Virus record (IMG/VR): IMGVR_UViG_3300025121_000282
Span: 1-64,000 of that record
Direction: 5' to 3' (one strand)
DNA: 64,000 bases
The translations under genes were made by a program, and so were the position numbers. Shown one piece after another: positions 62,056 through 64,000 of the stretch (position 1 is the first letter of the stretch; each line of letters opens with the position of its first letter). The notes under the pieces are model-generated. The model ran no database searches. It saw only the letters and a program-made list of their open reading frames with translations, and had not been told where the DNA came from.

Positions 62056-62487
62056 ATGCCTCCCGTCTTTGTGTATTTGACCCTTTTTGGGTTGGCAATC
62101 TTTTTGCTTATGCTGATTGCCATATTTTGGCCCAAGTATGTGTCTGCTAACCCAACTAAAATACTGCCTACAGTGGTGTGTGTTACCAAGGGTCATACGT
62201 GGCACGAGGGGGATGATACCCCGCACACCTTAGCAGGGGCCAAAAATAGTGGCTTTCATTGGTGTACATTTACATGGAGATGCAAGCGGTGTGGTGTCTG
62301 CACAGAGCCTGGAGACTCACCTCCGCCCAACTTTACTTGGGACCACACCTGGGTAAATCCTATGGACGAGCCATCATGGTTTGACGGTCGTCCAGGTGAT
62401 TGTGCAAACATTTATCGTAAACGTCAAGACAAAATAAAAGAAATTAAAATGGCCTGGGCGCGGCAGGAGCAAGACAATGTGGTATAA
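62056..62487 (+). CDS. membrane-anchored protein with Cys/His finger
   Basis: N-terminal TM, then 'CVTKGHTW...CKRCG'. Confidence 0.6.
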   Translation: MPPVFVYLTLFGLAIFLLMLIAIFWPKYVSANPTKILPTVVCVTKGHTWHEGDDTPHTLAGAKNSGFHWCTFTWRCKRCGVCTEPGDSPPPNFTWDHTWVNPMDEPSWFDGRPGDCANIYRKRQDKIKEIKMAWARQEQDNVV

Positions 62488-62719
62488 CAATGACCCTAGG
62501 CACGTGGTTGGTAAGCGAGCCACTGTCATTGTGTGGTGTCCTCCTGACGTAGTGTTTACGGCCTATGTTGAAACTAAGAATACTTATTGGGTTGACGTGA
62601 GGAATCATCCGTCAAATACCATGGCTTCTAATGGTATCGGGGACAACTGGCCCGAGGGTTGGTTGTGGACTTGGCTCCCAACCCCTTCAAAAGCTGTTAT
62701 GAACGAGGAGAAGTGCTGA
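62477..62719 (+). CDS. small Trp-rich hypothetical protein
   Basis: 80-aa coupled ORF. Confidence 0.55.
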   Translation: MWYNNDPRHVVGKRATVIVWCPPDVVFTAYVETKNTYWVDVRNHPSNTMASNGIGDNWPEGWLWTWLPTPSKAVMNEEKC

Positions 62720-62720
62720 A

Positions 62721-63698
62721 ATGGGTGGTAATTTCTGGAAGCTGGACAGAATGGCACGTGTTGCCTACTTAGACATAGAGGACGACCTGAGGCGATACCT
62801 GGACGAAGCAGCCCCGGGTCAATACAGAATTCCGGAGTATTGTGGGGACAAAGCTACCTTTGGAGACTTGGACGTACTACTGTCCTCGAATGTTTTAGTC
62901 AAAAACCCACAATTTTATGATACCCTGCATCGCGATCTGGGCATCACCCAGTTTGATAGTCTGCACACCGGGCATACCACAGTCTATCGTGGGTTGCAGG
63001 TAGACTTCTTTATTGTGTCTCCCGATAACCTCAAGTCCTCGTATAATTTCATGTCATACGGAGAGTTGGGTAACATTATCGGTAGAATGGTCAAGAGATT
63101 TGACTGTAAGTGGGGTGGAGACGGCCTTACTTTCATCTTCAGATGGGGAGACCATTTCAAGAGAGAAGTTAATCTTACTAAAAACTTCGAAATAGTATGT
63201 GAATGCTTTTGTTTGAACTATGACATTTGGTCTAAGGGGTTCGCAACCCAGAGAGACTCGTTTATTTGGGCCACCAATTCTATGTGGTTCCGGTCTGAAC
63301 CATACTTTAGAGAAGACGGCCCCGTAGCCAACAGAATTAAGACCCGTACAGGCATGATAGACTTTGTAGCCTTCGTCAAGTCAAACTTTGGCCCCAACTC
63401 GGGAGCTAAAACAGACGACCCCATTGGACACTTGGAAAAGTACTTCCCTGGGTCAAACCTAAGAGAGAAAATAAGTAAATTCGAGGCTCAGGTAAAGACC
63501 ATAGAAGCAGTTTCTGCCAAGTTCAATGGCAGATACATCATGGGACTCAGACCGGGACTTGCCGGGAAAGAATTGGGAGACTTTATCAGTAAGTTTAAGG
63601 CATCTAAAGAGAACTTTGAGGAGTGGGTCATAGGGAATGACCAACCCACAATTGATAGTGCCGTACTCGGATTTGTCCCCAATCGGAGCGAATTGTAA
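62721..63698 (+). CDS. DNA polymerase beta-superfamily nucleotidyltransferase
   Basis: 'TFGDLDVLL' (DxD), third acid in 'QVDFF', and X-family-like 'YGELGNIIGRMVK'. Confidence 0.65.
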   Translation: MGGNFWKLDRMARVAYLDIEDDLRRYLDEAAPGQYRIPEYCGDKATFGDLDVLLSSNVLVKNPQFYDTLHRDLGITQFDSLHTGHTTVYRGLQVDFFIVSPDNLKSSYNFMSYGELGNIIGRMVKRFDCKWGGDGLTFIFRWGDHFKREVNLTKNFEIVCECFCLNYDIWSKGFATQRDSFIWATNSMWFRSEPYFREDGPVANRIKTRTGMIDFVAFVKSNFGPNSGAKTDDPIGHLEKYFPGSNLREKISKFEAQVKTIEAVSAKFNGRYIMGLRPGLAGKELGDFISKFKASKENFEEWVIGNDQPTIDSAVLGFVPNRSEL

Positions 63699-64000
63699 AT
63701 GAGTGATGACAAGATCCACATTCGGAAAAGTAGCTTTGCGGATACCCGTACATGCGATTACACACAGGTGTCGGAGGCCCAACTTTTAGAGGCTTCCAGA
63801 CAGCACATAAACGACATTGGCCTTGCTATGCGCTTTTTTAGAAGCCTGATTCTAAGAGCCATGCAAGTTCATGACTTTGATAAATTCACGGATATCAAGT
63901 CTTTCCATGAGGATTTTCTCACCGGGTTCAAGCAAACTGGGTGGTGGGACCGGCACAGACGTGTAAATCGTCACCATCTTTTGGTGGCAGACGGTGTGCC
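63699..64000 (+). CDS. partial HD-like protein (runs off the window)
   Basis: Translated by hand: MSDDKIHIRKS...QHINDI...VHDFDK...HRRVNRHH, a His/Asp-rich metal-binding pattern. Confidence 0.55.
   Translation, partial: MSDDKIHIRKSSFADTRTCDYTQVSEAQLLEASRQHINDIGLAMRFFRSLILRAMQVHDFDKFTDIKSFHEDFLTGFKQTGWWDRHRRVNRHHLLVADGV

Noticed and set aside
1143-63782. Numerous 60-150 aa minus-strand and alternate-frame ORFs in the track
   Set aside because: They lie wholly inside well-supported + strand genes and show no recognisable motifs.
1-64000. Genome-wide stop-codon reassignment (TAG or TGA)
   Set aside because: Long conserved genes are uninterrupted under the standard code and end in all three stops with tight coupling to the next gene; only one suspicious internal TAG was found.

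Overview
A 64-kb segment of a large dsDNA tailed-phage (jumbo-phage-like) genome. It uses the standard genetic code, essentially all credible genes lie on the + strand, and I saw no tRNA, rRNA or CRISPR array. 1-18.3 kb is a replication/recombination block: Pol III delta-like subunit, NAD-dependent ligase, intein-containing RecD2 helicase, SSB-like protein, RuvC, RecA, an SbcCD (Rad50/Mre11) locus whose SbcC is split at the zinc hook into two separated genes, a PD-(D/E)xK nuclease, a beta-clamp-like protein, a Toprim-only primase and DnaX. 18.3-19.5 kb holds NusG-like and tandem sigma-region-4-like genes. 19.6-37 kb is a head module: putative virion proteins, intein-containing large terminase, portal, a GNAT protein, prohead protease, scaffold, two decoration-like paralogues and the major capsid protein. 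37.3-40.2 kb encodes a LAGLIDADG endonuclease-DNA methyltransferase-multi-zinc-finger fusion. 43-52.4 kb holds SNF2, a degenerate DnaC-like gene, intein-containing DnaB, a stand-alone primase CHC2 finger and a family A DNA polymerase. 52.4-64 kb is accessory: a PolA O-helix-repeat mini-protein, a PARP1-like WGR-helical-ART enzyme, an array of tiny Cys-rich exported proteins, a nucleotidyltransferase and a family of unrelated small proteins sharing an N-terminal KLSxQLRxA leader. Two of those leader genes sit in cassettes with near-identical 5' and 3' flanks but unrelated cores. My lead hypothesis is a hypervariable system of capsid-loaded, protease-processed effector cassettes. All function calls come from motif recognition by eye; no database searches were run.
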